From Octopus vulgaris (Eukaryota): a stretch of DNA of 64,000 bases. Both the position numbers and the translations under genes were made by a program. Where the stretch lies: the NCBI GenBank assembly GCA_951406725.2, contig OX597818.1, positions 69,750,001-69,814,000 of the forward strand. The letters are read 5' to 3'. The notes below the pieces were generated by a model, which did not search any database, had not been told where the DNA came from, and was given only the letters and a program-made list of their open reading frames with translations. This document shows, one piece after another, positions 25,356 to 38,956 of the stretch (position 1 is its first letter; each line of letters opens with the position of its first letter).

Positions 25356-27573
25356 AATACAACTTTTTTATGCAAAAACTTGTGTGTATGATCATATATT
25401 TTTTATGTATGTTATGGAAAAAAACCTTGCGTTTATCAAAAACATAAACCAAAAAAACTATACTAATTTCTTCAGTATTCTAGGTTGAATATATTAATAA
25501 GAAATTGGTAATTACTTGAAATTCCCAAAGTTAATAACTGTAAGATGCAGATGACGCTTTTTAATTAATATTTGGCAAATTATATTTCAAATTATTTCAT
25601 ATTTAGCAATCAAACAAGTCATTTCCAACCAACAAATTGCTTTTTTAATGTAAACAAAGGTTTGCTGTAAAAGTCTCTAAAAGTAACTTTACTATAGATG
25701 AGTAAGTATATGCATGCATGTGTGTGTGTGAGTGTGTGTGTGTGTAAGCACTCATAAATACTTAAGCAGGATTTCCAGCCTTCAATAAACTGAATTATCT
25801 GCTCCTGAATTAATGCATAAGTAGTTGAGTATTCCACAGACATGTGGCAACATTACCATAACTGTCAAGCAGAATCCGTGTGAAACTGTTTACCCAAATT
25901 TCCAAGAAAATTAATGGACAACTTGCATAACCCTCCCATGCACACACACACACACAGAGTTCCAGTTCTTCAGGCCTCATTTTTTTCAGTTCACCTCGAA
26001 CCTCGACTTTCCACCCAAACACCTCATCACCACCATCTTCATCTTTTCCCCCACTCCAACTTAATCGCTCCTATTCCCTTTTCTAGAATGTGAGTACTCA
26101 TGTGGCCCTCTTACAGCATGATAGTTGTTCTGCTCTGGTCCTTTCTCTCATACATCAATTTCTCATCTCCCTGCAAAAAAGCTACTTTTTTCTCGGGTTT
26201 GTAATCCTACAAACTGCATGGCGATCTCTCTAGTACGGGTAGCAAGAAGAAAGCACCCAGCACAGGCAATAAAATAGGTGACATTAGTAAGGCCATGCAG
26301 CTACAGAAACCATATCAAAGTAGATGTGGAGTTGGAGGCAGCTTTTGGACCGATTCTTTCGTTCCAAATCAACCAATCTATGCCAGAATGGTTCATAGAT
26401 GTTAAACAAAGGATTAGAATGAGGAGTATACAGCATTTTTTAAAAATTAAATTAAATTATATTTTTTGTTCCCATTTTTACACATGAATACGTACACACC
26501 AATATCAGCCCCACTTTAGCATATATCTAGAACAGAATTTGAAGATGTTTTTTTAAACAAACTCTACCTCAACAAAAAAAGGAGGTTTAAAAACTGTGTA
26601 TGCTAATCAGATTTTTTATAGAACATTGAACACCTGGAAAGAAACATATAGACATACAACCTTTACTCAAGTATATTTGTGAAAATCAAAAAGAGACAAT
26701 TCTCTGTACTAACAAAGCCTGCCTAATAAACTCCAACCTTGCAAATGCAAACAAGAAATACCATAAATAACAAGTAAAAACAGGACCAACTGACACTTAC
26801 CATCTACATTCTTTTGTGAAATAAAGTTCACAAACCCAATTACGAAGGGCTTAAATATAGGACTTAATATGTTTGACCCTTATATTGTCAAAGCAAAAAG
26901 GATTAAATCCAATAATACCAAAAGCAACACAAATAGTGTCACAACTTGTGCCTTCCTAAAAAAAAGGGAAAAAAAGAGAAACTCCTACAGACTTGTTGAC
27001 AAAGTTCTACATGCAAGAATAAGTTCTAAGCAATAACAAAACCCCAAATGGAATGAAAAAAATTTCCAGAATACCTTTCCATTACAACTAAACACAAAGA
27101 CCTTATATGCCACCAGCACTGAAACCCACTCACTCAAAGATGATTTTAACTCATCAGAAACTGTATAAGGGCAAGACTAACTCTGATGCACTGCAGTCCA
27201 ACAATAGCTTAGCTGGCTGAAACTTCGAACTCACTGTCAACAACGTTCTTGTAAAAATATAATAAATGAATGAATGAATAAATAAACAAACAAATATATA
27301 TATAAATAAAGTTGAAGTTGTAAGAGATAATGGCGTCATTGAGACCCAAAGGTGTCAGGTAATGCTGAATAAGTGCTATAGACAGACCATAGTTAAGTTC
27401 CAGATTCGGTGATATTGTGAATAAAGTGTTAAACGTTGGTTCTATGTCAGCGTGTGTATATAAGAATTTTTTGCGTAATAAGATAAAAAAAAACAAGGCT
27501 GTGTAGATATTAGATACATATATATATATCATCATCATCTAACATCTGTTGTCCATGCTGGCATGGGTTGAAC

Positions 27574-27610
<37 letters not shown>

Positions 27611-27799
27611 TTAAAGGGAATAATCATAAACTTTTGCCCTTATATGGTTTTTCATGTTGACTACTTGATAAATTCTTATATAGATTTTATCTTATATTTA
27701 ATTGTAATATTATATAGGTATATGTAATATTATTTTATGTTGTTTAACTTTTGGTGCAAACCAGTTTATTTGAGAGGGAAACTAATTGAGAACCCGTGT

Positions 27800-28620
27800 C
27801 TCCCCCACCCCCACCCACAAATTGTTGTGTCTTATTGAAGCTTTTAATAGTTACTGCTGCATTCTGCATCTTCGAAGTATTTCTGTTTTATAGGCAGAAA
27901 CCTTCTTGGAATCTATATCGATCAAAAAATGAGATAAGATATAACGATTGTATCTGTTTGGAATACAAGGCTAGAAGTACCTGAAATTTTCATTTTATTG
28001 CACTAATAGTTGCACATAGTTTTAAAAAAGGTTTGTTAGACTAGCTAATTGGAATGTAATTAAATGTCCTGAATTTACATAATGGATTTGTGAAGAATTG
28101 TAATAGTAGTAATTGGTTTGGCAATTGTTTGTGGCGTGGGTTCTTAAGTAGTTATATCCTGATCTTTATTTCCTTCAAGATTGGACATTAAGAAGTGGGG
28201 TGGGGGTGTTATAGTAAAAGTGTGGCTTTAGTTAAATATTAGGGTAGAGGAGGTGGTTGTTCACTGTTGTCGACAAATTAGTAAAAGATTACTCGATTAG
28301 GAAATAGCATGAATTTAATATATCTCAGGATTTTAAATATATTCTGTTTATGTGAAGAAATAAGCTTGGAATGGTTGTTCAACAAGTTCAACTTATTGAG
28401 AGCAACAGTCCACAAATGTTCAATCTGCAGCTGATATAGCATTTTGTGATTGGGAAAGAATTTAGCAAAATCAAGTATTTTTATAAGATGTTTTTTAATG
28501 CTCAAATACAAATAAAAAAATGTCACCTTCTCGACTGGGGATGAGAAAAGAGTGGATCTGCTGAGGAAATTTGTTTTTAAATGCTTTTGTTATTAAACAT
28601 ATGTAGGGCTTTTAGCTGAA
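27800..28620 (-). mobile_element. Highly decayed Penelope-like linker/endonuclease remnant
   Basis: KFFPNHKMLYQL...LISSHKQNI resembles the PLE linker FP..HKL..IFNRNT.K.SYS...II..HN.KI. Confidence 0.4.
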
Positions 28621-30183
28621 TTGATGTTGGCATATAATATCTTTTACAGGTGGGTAAGAGTTAGTATTATTAGGATTGATAGAATTTCTTGTAATGAAAT
28701 TGTTGACATTTTAGAACAATACCAATTTGTTGATATATGTCTGAAGTTGTAAGTTGTTGAGTCAGAAAGTTTAATGATTTTTTATTGGTTGAGTATTTTG
28801 TGGTATTTGTGAGTTAGAGAAAATGCTTTAATTTTAAGACTTTGATTACAAGGGTGATCCCAAGATTAAAGGACATTTCAAACAACCTGACTTCTCTAAG
28901 CTATTTTTTAAAGGTTAATCTAGTATTATGGACGTATTTCATCTCCTTTCAGTATCCACTCTTTGAGAGTGCTTTCTTCTGCCTGTTATAAATATGTGAT
29001 GAGGGGGTAGATGGTCTAAGAAATATTTTCTAAAAACATCTTAATAATACTGTGCAGGTAAGTACTTATGTATCTGAAGATAGTGCTGTTGAAATCTGTA
29101 AGGAACATACCTCTGAACCTCCATTACAGCAACCAATCTATTATTTTACTTTAATCAAGTCTGTAACCAAAGTTTCTACTTTTTAATTTATTAACCATTA
29201 AATTGATAATATGTTCCTGAATACATAAATCTTTCACGTTTACTTGAATGAACCTAAACAACCTTTGTAGACAAATACAAATAACTATCTTTCTACATTT
29301 ATAATTCCTCCACCGATTCTCTGACCATTTTTAACGTTAACTGAAACTTACAATTCAAACCCACTTCTTTAACATCTCAAATAGGCCAAAAAGTGTTACT
29401 TCACCAGTTTATTTTTACATGGCATTAAATAATGACAGTCAAGATATCTACTCTGTAGATATATATGAAACCAAAACAGCGCTATATTTATGAGATGCTA
29501 CCATTAAGGATAAGGTAAGAATTCTCATTAACAATGCAATTAATAGCCCTATTCAAGAATTTATAACTAACAAGCACATGTTTAGAGTACTTCTATTTTG
29601 CAATAACATTACCTCCTCAAACTTTAAATCAAAACCTAATACAGGAATTCACCATATTAATATGACAGGATCGTTCTAAATTCCAATACCTGTCTTTATA
29701 ATAATGACATAAAATACATCCAATTTTATGGTTATTTACTTTCACTTTCTATAAATATGGATTATGCTCAGGCAAGAATCCTTATTCTCAAGATTCCAAT
29801 TCATTGAAAGTTTACCAGTGCCACTAAGTACATCGACACACTTTTAACCTCTCCCTGTTGCATCTAATTTGATAATCTTTCCCTCACCTGTGAACTTTGA
29901 TTCACTTACCTTGCTTTGCCTAGCCCTACCATGGTTTTTCGTGTCTCCATCTTAAGTCGCCCATCTTAAGGGATCCTTATGAATGGGTTTCATATTATTT
30001 TCTAATATCTCAGAAATAAGCCTTGTTTTATGAGCAACTTCAAAGTCACAATCAATATTTTCATGAATAAGTAATTATTTAACTTTATCTATTGAGTGCT
30101 TCATCAGATAATGTCAAGTTTTTGTTTTAACTTATCTCTCAACACATTAAAATAGATATACATAAAAATCAACATATACATGC

Positions 30184-30214
<31 letters not shown>

Positions 30215-30339
30215 TGTACATATGTATGTGTGTATGTAAGTCAGTAGGTAGATAAGTATGGGCTTGTGAGTGAAGGCATACAGCAAGATGCAAACAGCCT
30301 GGATGGGGATTAATCCTGTCCCAAGGTTTCAACTGATCA

Positions 30340-30680
30340 AGGTGTATGGCTTGGGGTTAGAACATTGGGCTTGCAATCATGAAGTTATGAATTCAATTCT
30401 CAGACTGAGTGGTGTGTTGTGTCCTTGAGCAAGACACTTTATTTCACATTGCTCCAGTTCACTCAGCTGTAGAAATGAGTTGCAGCATCACTGGTGCCAA
30501 GCTGTATCAGCCCCTCTGCCTTTCTCTTGGATAGCATCGGTGGCATGGAGAGAGAAGAGGGTGGTATGCATGGACAACCACTGGTCTTTCATAAATGACC
30601 TTGCTTGAACTTGTGCCTCGGAAGGGCACTTTCTAGGTGCAATCCCATGGGCATTCATGACCAAAGGGGGCCTTCCTTCC
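30340..30680 (+). mobile_element. tRNA-derived CORE-like SINE
   Basis: Decayed tRNA head followed by TGTGTCCTTGAGCAAGACACTT...CACTCAGCTGTAGAAATGAGT. Confidence 0.7.
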
Positions 30681-32399
30681 ATGTATGTATGCAAATGTGT
30701 ATGAACTTATCCCTATACATGTTAAATCCTGTTCATTAATGTGTGTACAAGCATGAGTGTGGGAGTATGCATGCACACATGTATATGTGTAGACTCTGTC
30801 TGGCTAAATGGTTATGTAGTTCACTTTAGAAGTAGAGGTGCCAGCTTTGATCCTTCTGCAAAGCATTTTGGGCCAAGGCTACTCCTCTAGCCTCAAACAC
30901 CAACCACTCTGAGAATGTAGTGGGTGCTTTTATGTACCATCAGCACGAGGGCCAATCAGGTGGTACTGGCATCATAACTGAGAGTTGTTGCAAATAAGAA
31001 AGACTAATGCTATTTTACAAGGACTTGTACTTGTCTGCCGAACAACCAGCTTCTCACAACATGCCAGACCATTATTCTTACTTTTGCTCATCTTGCTTCT
31101 TCATTTCTTTGGACTCCCAATAAACTGATCATTTTATTTTGCTTACCAGCATCACCACCACCGCCTCCATCACTAATACTCCCTTACTGCTTTATTTACT
31201 ATGAGGTCAAAGGCCAAAATTTGTACTTTCTTTCCCCAACCTCCCTTCTTGTCCTCTAAAGTCCCGACACTCTTCAACATTTTGAATGGATCTCTCTTTC
31301 TCTCTTTTCTCTCTTCTCTCTCTCTCACCTTCCTTCCTTATTTTCATTCTTTAACCAAATATTCTCCCTCTCTAATGCTCTCTCTCTCTCTCCCCTGACA
31401 CTTTCCTCTTCACTTTCTCTCATTCATCTTTCATCCCCTCTCTTCTTCCCCCTTCCCCACCTCGCCCATTCATTCGTCCTGTTCGCTTCTTTCCTTCCTC
31501 TTTCTTCTTCTTTCTCTCCTGCTCCGACCAAAATTCTGAAACTCAACCCAAAACACTTTGGTGGAAACACACCATGGTCATGGAGTGAAGGTGTTGTGCT
31601 ACGGATACGGAACTTGGACTTTAAATGATGTTGAGAAGGGGGAAGGGGAAGAGGGGGGGAAGGAAAGGGATGGAGAGGAGGAGGGGGAGGAGGAGGAGGA
31701 GGAGGAGGAGGAGGAGGAGGTTATCTAATTACATCTACTCTAGTTCTAACATTCATTCCTTTCTTGTTATCATGACCAGGACATGAAAACACCTCTCTAC
31801 CTCTCTCTCTTTCTCTTTCACTATGAACTCACACACACACACATGTGCATGCACACACACACACATACTCTCACCCACACATACATGAAAGGCATCTTTA
31901 CAGGGTTTCATTTTCCAATTTCGCTCACCACCATTGGTTGGTTGGTCCAAGTCTATTGTAGAAGACACTTGTGCAAGTTTTCACATGCTGGGATCGAACC
32001 CAAAACCACGTAGAACCAAGAATCAAACTTCTTCCCCCCCCCCCCACACCCACACACTTACATATTCTGAGTTGAAATTTTATCAGATTATATTCTAATT
32101 TCTTGCAATCTCTGGATGTGGTTATAAGCACCCATCAGGTACAGCAAGTTGTTGAACTGATAACGCCTCTGCCCCAACAATTCTGTAGGTCTCTGCCAAA
32201 GTAAGAAATCCTTAATATATGATACGCCAACAGGTTTTAGATAAGTAATGTGGAATTTGAAATCCAAATAAATAACTGAAATGCATAAGGAAAATGGAAA
32301 AGTTAGACACAAAGAAAACATGATAACAATACAAAGATATCACCGTGCCAGTATCCTGCGGTTAGAATTTAATGAGTTTTGAAATGGAGATACGTATGG

Positions 32400-32483
<84 letters not shown>

Positions 32484-32727
32484 ATGTGTATGTACAGACA
32501 CACACACATATAAGATAAACATATAAATGATGCATATATATATATATATATACTATTGAATCTTGCAAACCAAATACAAATATGAACTATATATATTTAT
32601 TCATATTTATGTATACATATATAAATATATATATATATATTTACATATATATGCATGCATGTATCTTATATAGAGATGTATATATGTATATATATATATT
32701 CATATTTATATATACACATATACATAC

Positions 32728-32842
<115 letters not shown>

Positions 32843-33929
32843 GTATATAATGCATAGATATGTATGCGTATAAGTAAGTATACCAATCATGCTTACAAAG
32901 GAGATATTTTTTTTGTCTTTTCCCATTCCTCATCTACTTCCGCTTACTCTTTATTCTTTAGTCATCCAACTCAATCCATTCATCCATCACCTTAATATCA
33001 TTCTTCAATTTTATTTTCTAGATACATCTTTCTATCAGTCTTACATTCGAATAGGTTTTCCTTATCGAGTGGGAGTCTGTGTAAATGGCTGCATGAATGC
33101 AAATGTATAAATATGTGTATATGTTGGAATATGTGTGTATATGTATATGTATATGCAGAAGAGAGAGTTAAAGTGTGAATAGGAAGAATAAGAAAAACGC
33201 ATGGGTGATATATTTTTAAAAGTTCTTTTGTACTGTAGTAACAAAGCAAAAATTATTCTACAGACAAACGCTTGCATGCAAAGTACATGAAAATGGCATT
33301 TTCACCCCCCTGGCATCAAATCATTCCACATCATTATATTTGAATATTTCTATAGATTTTTAAATAACATACGTGTGTGTGCATGTATGTGTGAGTGCGT
33401 GTGTGTGTGTATATTTACTAACAGCTTGACTCAGCTGCACGTGACTTGGACACACAGAACACGTCCATCTCATCGGATGCTGAGGACAGAATGGGGCTTT
33501 TGAAAGACATTCAAGATGGTTGCTAGGTGTTTAGGCTTCTGTTGGTCAGCACAAATCAAATGATATTAAAACTGTCAAAGTGACCCCAGTTTTTTTCTTC
33601 ATTTTTTTTTCATTTTTAGGCCCCCATACTTGTACAAGATGTTGGCAGGGCACTGACATCACTTTGGTGGCAGGCTGCGGCATGGTGTATTCAGTAACAT
33701 CAGTTCCAAGTAATGAGTGCCACGCTTGGTCAGGTAGGATGTTGGTGTGGCTCAGTGGCACAGTCATTGTTAGGGGAGCATGAACTCATTAGCAGCATCA
33801 GGCTTTATGTGGGGCTAAATAAATTTGATGGTGTTGCATTGTTACTATTGTGGTTGGGCAGCAAGGATTAAATGACCTAGCCATGTGTGTGTGGACAGCT
33901 AAGTCTAGGGTTATATATCTGGGTTATCA

Positions 33930-34390
33930 ACTGGCAGAGCCTTTAAGTTCATTAACAAGTTGTATGTTTGGAGGCAACAATAAAGTACTTTATCCTTCTC
34001 ATTCATTAACGCTGGACGCTGGTGGAGTACGTGTAGTCTCTCACAGAAACAGAGGTGGGAATTGTGAGCTCCTGCTGAGTAAGGAGGGAAACTGGCAACG
34101 ATGCTCTTTTTGTTGTAAGGGAAGTGGTTCTGATATGGTCATGGAGTCTCCAGATGTAATGAGAAAGGGAAGCAAAACTTTTCCCATCCCAGGATCTCAA
34201 GGTATCCATGTGCTGTGTTTACCTTCTTTTAAGATTATTGGCTGTCATGTCTGTGTAGAGCCTTGTGCTACTAATGTATAGAGAATGGATGACCATATAG
34301 AGTACTGCCTTAGAGAGTTAGGATCCTTCCAGCAGAGGGCAGTTGGTAAGATTTTGGCTGTAACAAGTCGGGGCGTGGATTAGAGACATA
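33930..34390 (-). mobile_element. Penelope-like GIY-YIG endonuclease remnant
   Basis: Minus translation NCPLLEGS*LSKAVLY...YTDMTANNLKRR*TQHMDTLR...SLSHYIWRLHD...HLCFCERL matches the CPL.G.CL / LS.YIW.L type PLE endonuclease. Confidence 0.65.
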
Positions 34391-34404
34391 GTAGGTATGT
34401 AATT

Positions 34405-35553
34405 AGTTAAGTTAAGTTAAGTTAATTTTTTGGCTCAAAAAGCAAAAGCAAGGCCATGTAGGGGGACATGGAGTTATGTACAGGGAGGGTGTTCATGCAA
34501 AGAGTTCAGGCCATTTCTGGTCCAGAGAGTCTTTGAACCGAGCGGTCATTGGCATCTTCACTATCTCGTCCGGCAGCTTATTCCACGGATCCGCAACCCG
34601 GACGGAGAAAGCCCCTTTCCTTCGATTGAGATGAAATGGTCGCAGATAGAGCTTTTCGGAGTGACCCCGCAGTCGACACTCTGGAGCAGGAGTGAAGAAC
34701 AGTTCTTTCTGCTTATGATGTTGTGAGCAAGAATGAGATCAGCACAGCGTCATCGCTTTTCTAGAGAATAAAGATTGAGCGTCTTCAGCCTTTCTTCATA
34801 AGACAAATTCTTGAGACCAAGAACCATGCAGGTAGCCAGCTTCTGGACTCTTTCGAGATGATGTATGTCTTTGAGGAGATAAGGAGAAGAGGCTTGAATC
34901 CCGTACTCCAATATGGGTCTCACCAGTGTGACATAGAGCGGTAGGAATATGGCTGCTGTGAGCATTCCGAATGACCGTCGAATCAAGAACAGAATTCCAC
35001 GTGCTTTGTTGGCAGCATGGACACACTGGGCCGAAGGCGAAAAGGAGGAATCCACCAAGATACCCAGGTCCTTTACCTGGTCGGTCCTCTCCAGCAGCAG
35101 ACGACCCGGCTCAAAATCAAGTTGAGCTGCAGGAGAGGAGCCAACAGGCAGATGACAGCACTTTGACACGTTCAGACACAGGTCCCATTCATTAGACCAT
35201 CTCCAAATTTGGTGGAGACATCGACGATGATCCTCTATATCACTGCGAGGAGCGACCAGTTTGACATCGTCGCCAAATAGAAGGGTGTGTTGCATGAGGT
35301 CGTCGGGCAAGTCATTTATGAAGACTAAAAACAATAACGGCCCAAGCACTGAACCTTGAGGCACACCACTGCTCGCACTGGAGACGTTGGACAGCGAACC
35401 ATTAACTTGGACTTGGAAGGAGTGATCTGAGAGGAAAACACCAACCCATCGTACAATATCCGGATGGAAACTATATGCTTGAAGCTTGACAAGTAATAGG
35501 TTAACCGAGTCCAAAGCTTTGGCAAAGTCCAATAAAACGATGTCAACATTTGC
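34405..35553 (-). mobile_element. CR1-clade LINE, 5'-truncated (RT ORF remnant 34750-35532)
   Basis: DFAKALDSV, SGVPQGSVLGPLLFLVFINDL, LFGDDVKL, KDLGILVD, LVRPILEY, LERVQKLAT and LSYEERLK motifs; (TTAAC)n tail. Confidence 0.93.
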
Positions 35554-35754
35554 TGTAACACGGAATGCTTGAAGTGATGTTATGTATTGCAGGAGTAACT
35601 GACCTTGACGTTAGAGTGGTTGATGAGTTTATAAACTTTTCAAAACTCTAATGTCGTACTTAATGCAAGCATATTGCAATCAGGGAGTAGAGAACAGCCT
35701 GGTAATACAGCCATACAGATGAGAAATAAGAGGATGCCGCTTTTTACAATATAT

Positions 35755-36150
35755 TTACGTGGTTGTACTGAATGAAGTTTACTTCCCACCAACATGGTTC
35801 TGGGCTCAGCCCCACTGCGTGGCACCTTGAGCAAATGTCTTCTACTATAGTGTCAGGCTGGCCAAAGTATTGTGAGTAAATTTGGCAGACGGAAACAGAA
35901 AGAATTCTGTCACATGTATGTGTGTGTGTGTTTCTTTATTTCTGCGTTCCCCCCACCCCGCCACCTGACAACCACTGTCGGTGTGTTTATGTCACCATAA
36001 CTTGTTTGGCAAACGAAACCGATAGAATAAGTACCAGGCTTGAAAAAATATAATCTCTGGGATTGATTTGTTCAGCAAAAAATCTGCAAGGCAGTACCCC
36101 AGCATGGCCACAGCCTAATTACTGAAACATAGTGAAAGGTTGAAAGAGTG
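35755..36150 (+). mobile_element. tRNA-derived SINE family A
   Basis: Colinear with 15516-15897. Confidence 0.8.
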
Positions 36151-36519
36151 GAAAAGAATAGACAGATCATTATTTTCAATCTGATGCTGCTTCTGCTGTG
36201 TGTATCCAGATTTGTATTGAGCCAGGCAGCTAATTGCAAAGGCCGTGATCTTTGGAGCACTGTTATCCTTTATCAGGATCGGCAGATATTTTTCTTAGCA
36301 AGTGTTTGGCAGAAGCATACTACAATAGACAAAACCCATTGAAGTAGAAATGTCTGACTAGCATTCTTATTACTATGTTCTATGCCTGATGTATTTGTGG
36401 TTTTAAACAATAGGTCTATAAGAGATGTCTTCAAACGAATGCTATGGTTGTTTTAAGTATAATATACAGTGTGCTATTTTAATCTAAATCTGCATCTGTT
36501 GTATATAATGTGTGTGTGT

Positions 36520-36654
36520 ATACATACAAACAAAAATAACTTGTTGTTCATGTTCAAATTCCAATGAAGGAGCATTGGATCTAGGTTAGAAACCAGCTCT
36601 TTCTCTATTGGCAAGAAATCTTGAAATAAAACTGAACAATGACATACATACATA
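36520..36654 (+). mobile_element. 3' UTR fragment of the R4/Dong element seen at 58255-59580
   Basis: Near-identical to 59460-59595 and ends AATGA(CATA)n. Confidence 0.8.
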
Positions 36655-36669
36655 CTGCAAACTGTATAT

Positions 36670-36942
36670 GTTAGTTAGTTAGTTAGTTGATTTTTGGGCT
36701 CAAAAAGCAAAAAGCAAGGCCATGTAGGGGGACATGGAGTTATGTACTGGGTGGTGTTCATGTAAAGAGTTCAGGCCACTTGTGGTCAAGGGAGACTTTG
36801 AACCGAGCAGTCGTCGGCATCTTCACTATCTCGTCCGGCAGCTTATTCCACGGATCTGCAACCCGGACGGAGAAAGCCCCTCTCCTTTGATTGAGATGAA
36901 ATGGTCGCAGATAGAGCTTTTCGGAGTGACCCCGCAGCCGAC
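36670..36942 (-). mobile_element. CR1 3' end fragment
   Basis: Highly similar to 34425-34676; (TAAC)n tail. Confidence 0.88.
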
Positions 36943-37394
36943 GTATATGCAGATAATCAACTCATAGGGTAACAAAATATGTGAAACATATAACTTACCT
37001 GGAAATATATTTGTACCTGTATGTGTGTGTGTGTATGTTTGGTTTTACTGAAGCTGAAAAGATTCACAAACCATTACTCAGAGTTTTGCATACCTATTCA
37101 TCAGACAGAAGTGAATTTCTAGAAAATACTGTCATTTGCAAACCATAAAAAAATTGAAACTCTGAGTAACAGCTTGTGAAGTTTTCCAGCTTCAACAAAA
37201 CATGTTTTCTCTACTTTTTGTATTTGCATGCTATTTTCTTCACCCGGTTTTGCATCCATGTACTTAGACATGAAAAAATGTGTATGTATGCTTGTATGTA
37301 CATACATATATATACATACATATATGTATATATATATGTGTGTGTGTATATATATATATATATATACATTTATATATATATGTATATATCTATA

Positions 37395-37429
<35 letters not shown>

Positions 37430-37450
37430 TTATATATTTATATATATATA

Positions 37451-37505
<55 letters not shown>

Positions 37506-37507
<2 letters not shown>

Positions 37508-38801
37508 AATAAGTAGGAAGGTAGACAAACCACAAATGCCTTCAGGTAGATGGCCCTGCTAGATCTGTAGAAAAGGCGTAGGTAGAAACTCTATAAGATG
37601 TACCCAGTGTAAGCTATGGACACATAAGAGGTGCAGCAATGTCAAAGGAAGGCTAACTAAGAAAATAGTTTTTGTCTGTGGCAGATGCTCAGGAGCAATA
37701 AACACTGAAAATCTGCAGAAAACAAATTCTGTCACTTTCCAGGAGGAAAAAACTAGAAGTAGTTGATAGCTTCCATTACCTAGGTGACCAAGTCAGTAGC
37801 GGAGGTGGGTGTGCTGAAAGCGTAACTGCTAGGGTAAGAATAGCCTGGGCAAAGTTCAGAGAGCTCTTACCTCTGCTGGTGACAAAAGGCCTCTCGCTGA
37901 GAGTAAAAGGCAGACTGTATGACGCATGTGTACAAGCAGCCATGCTACATGGCAGTGAAACATGGGCCATGACTGCTGAGGACATGCGTAAGCTCACAAG
38001 GAATGAAGCCAGTATTCTCCGATGGATGTGTAATGTCAGTGTACATACTCAACAGAGTGTAAGTACCTTGAGAGAAATGTTGGACCTAAGAAGCATCAGG
38101 TGTGGTGTGCAAGAGAGACGACTGCACTGGTATGGTCAGGTGGTGAGAATGGATGAAGATAGTTGTGTGAAAAAGTGCCAATCCCTAGCAGTTGAGGGAA
38201 CCCGTGGAAGAGGTAGACCCAGGAAAACCTGGGACGAGGTGGTGAAGCACAACCTTCGAACTTTAGGCCTCACCGAGGCAATGACTAGTGACCGAGACCT
38301 TTGGAAATATGCTGTGCGTGAGAAGACCCGGCAGGACAAGTGAGTCCAGCCCACTTATGCATGCCTTTCCTCCCTTGGACACACGAAGACCTGTTGAGGC
38401 AAGCAAAGTCGAAACCGAACCTCATCTGACGACATCACCCATGCCAACCTCCCTTCATTGGATACTTAACTCTACTTGTGAAGACCTGTTGGGGCAAGTG
38501 AAATCGAAATTGAACCAATCCTATGACTGGCCCCCGACAGTTGCCAGGACCGCTGGACTGACTCCTGTGCAGGTGGCAAGTGAAGAAACACCAATTTAAC
38601 CCTGTGCTTGAGGAGATCCATTGAGTCAAGTACACCAACATCAAAATCAATGGAAACTGCAGTTGTGATCCCTGAGCTGGTGGCACGTAAAAAGCACCAT
38701 CCGAACTAGGCCGATGCCAGCGCCACCTCGACTGGCTTCTGTGCTGGTGGCACGTAAAATACATATATATATATATACATACATATATGTATATATATAC
38801 A

Positions 38802-38842
<41 letters not shown>

Positions 38843-38855
38843 TTATATATACATT

Positions 38856-38888
<33 letters not shown>

Positions 38889-38909
38889 TTATATATTTAT
38901 ATATATAGA

Positions 38910-38956
<47 letters not shown>

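Noticed and set aside
26470-27170. Possible plus-strand Penelope-like remnant
   Set aside because: Composition is suggestive, but no motif could be read with confidence.
27178-27235. Possible hammerhead CTGATGC...GGCTGAAACTTC
   Set aside because: The core is mutated and stem I is not supported; at best a dead remnant.
28953-29057. Coding exon with strong acceptor and CAG|GTAAGT donor
   Set aside because: Stops in all three frames, and it lies beside a mariner-like end (TACAAGGGTGATCC); only possible as a non-coding or cryptic exon.
33425-33515. Hammerhead-like words on both strands (CCGATGA minus, CTGAGGA plus)
   Set aside because: The minus version lacks GAAA. The plus version lacks a proper stem II and NUH site.
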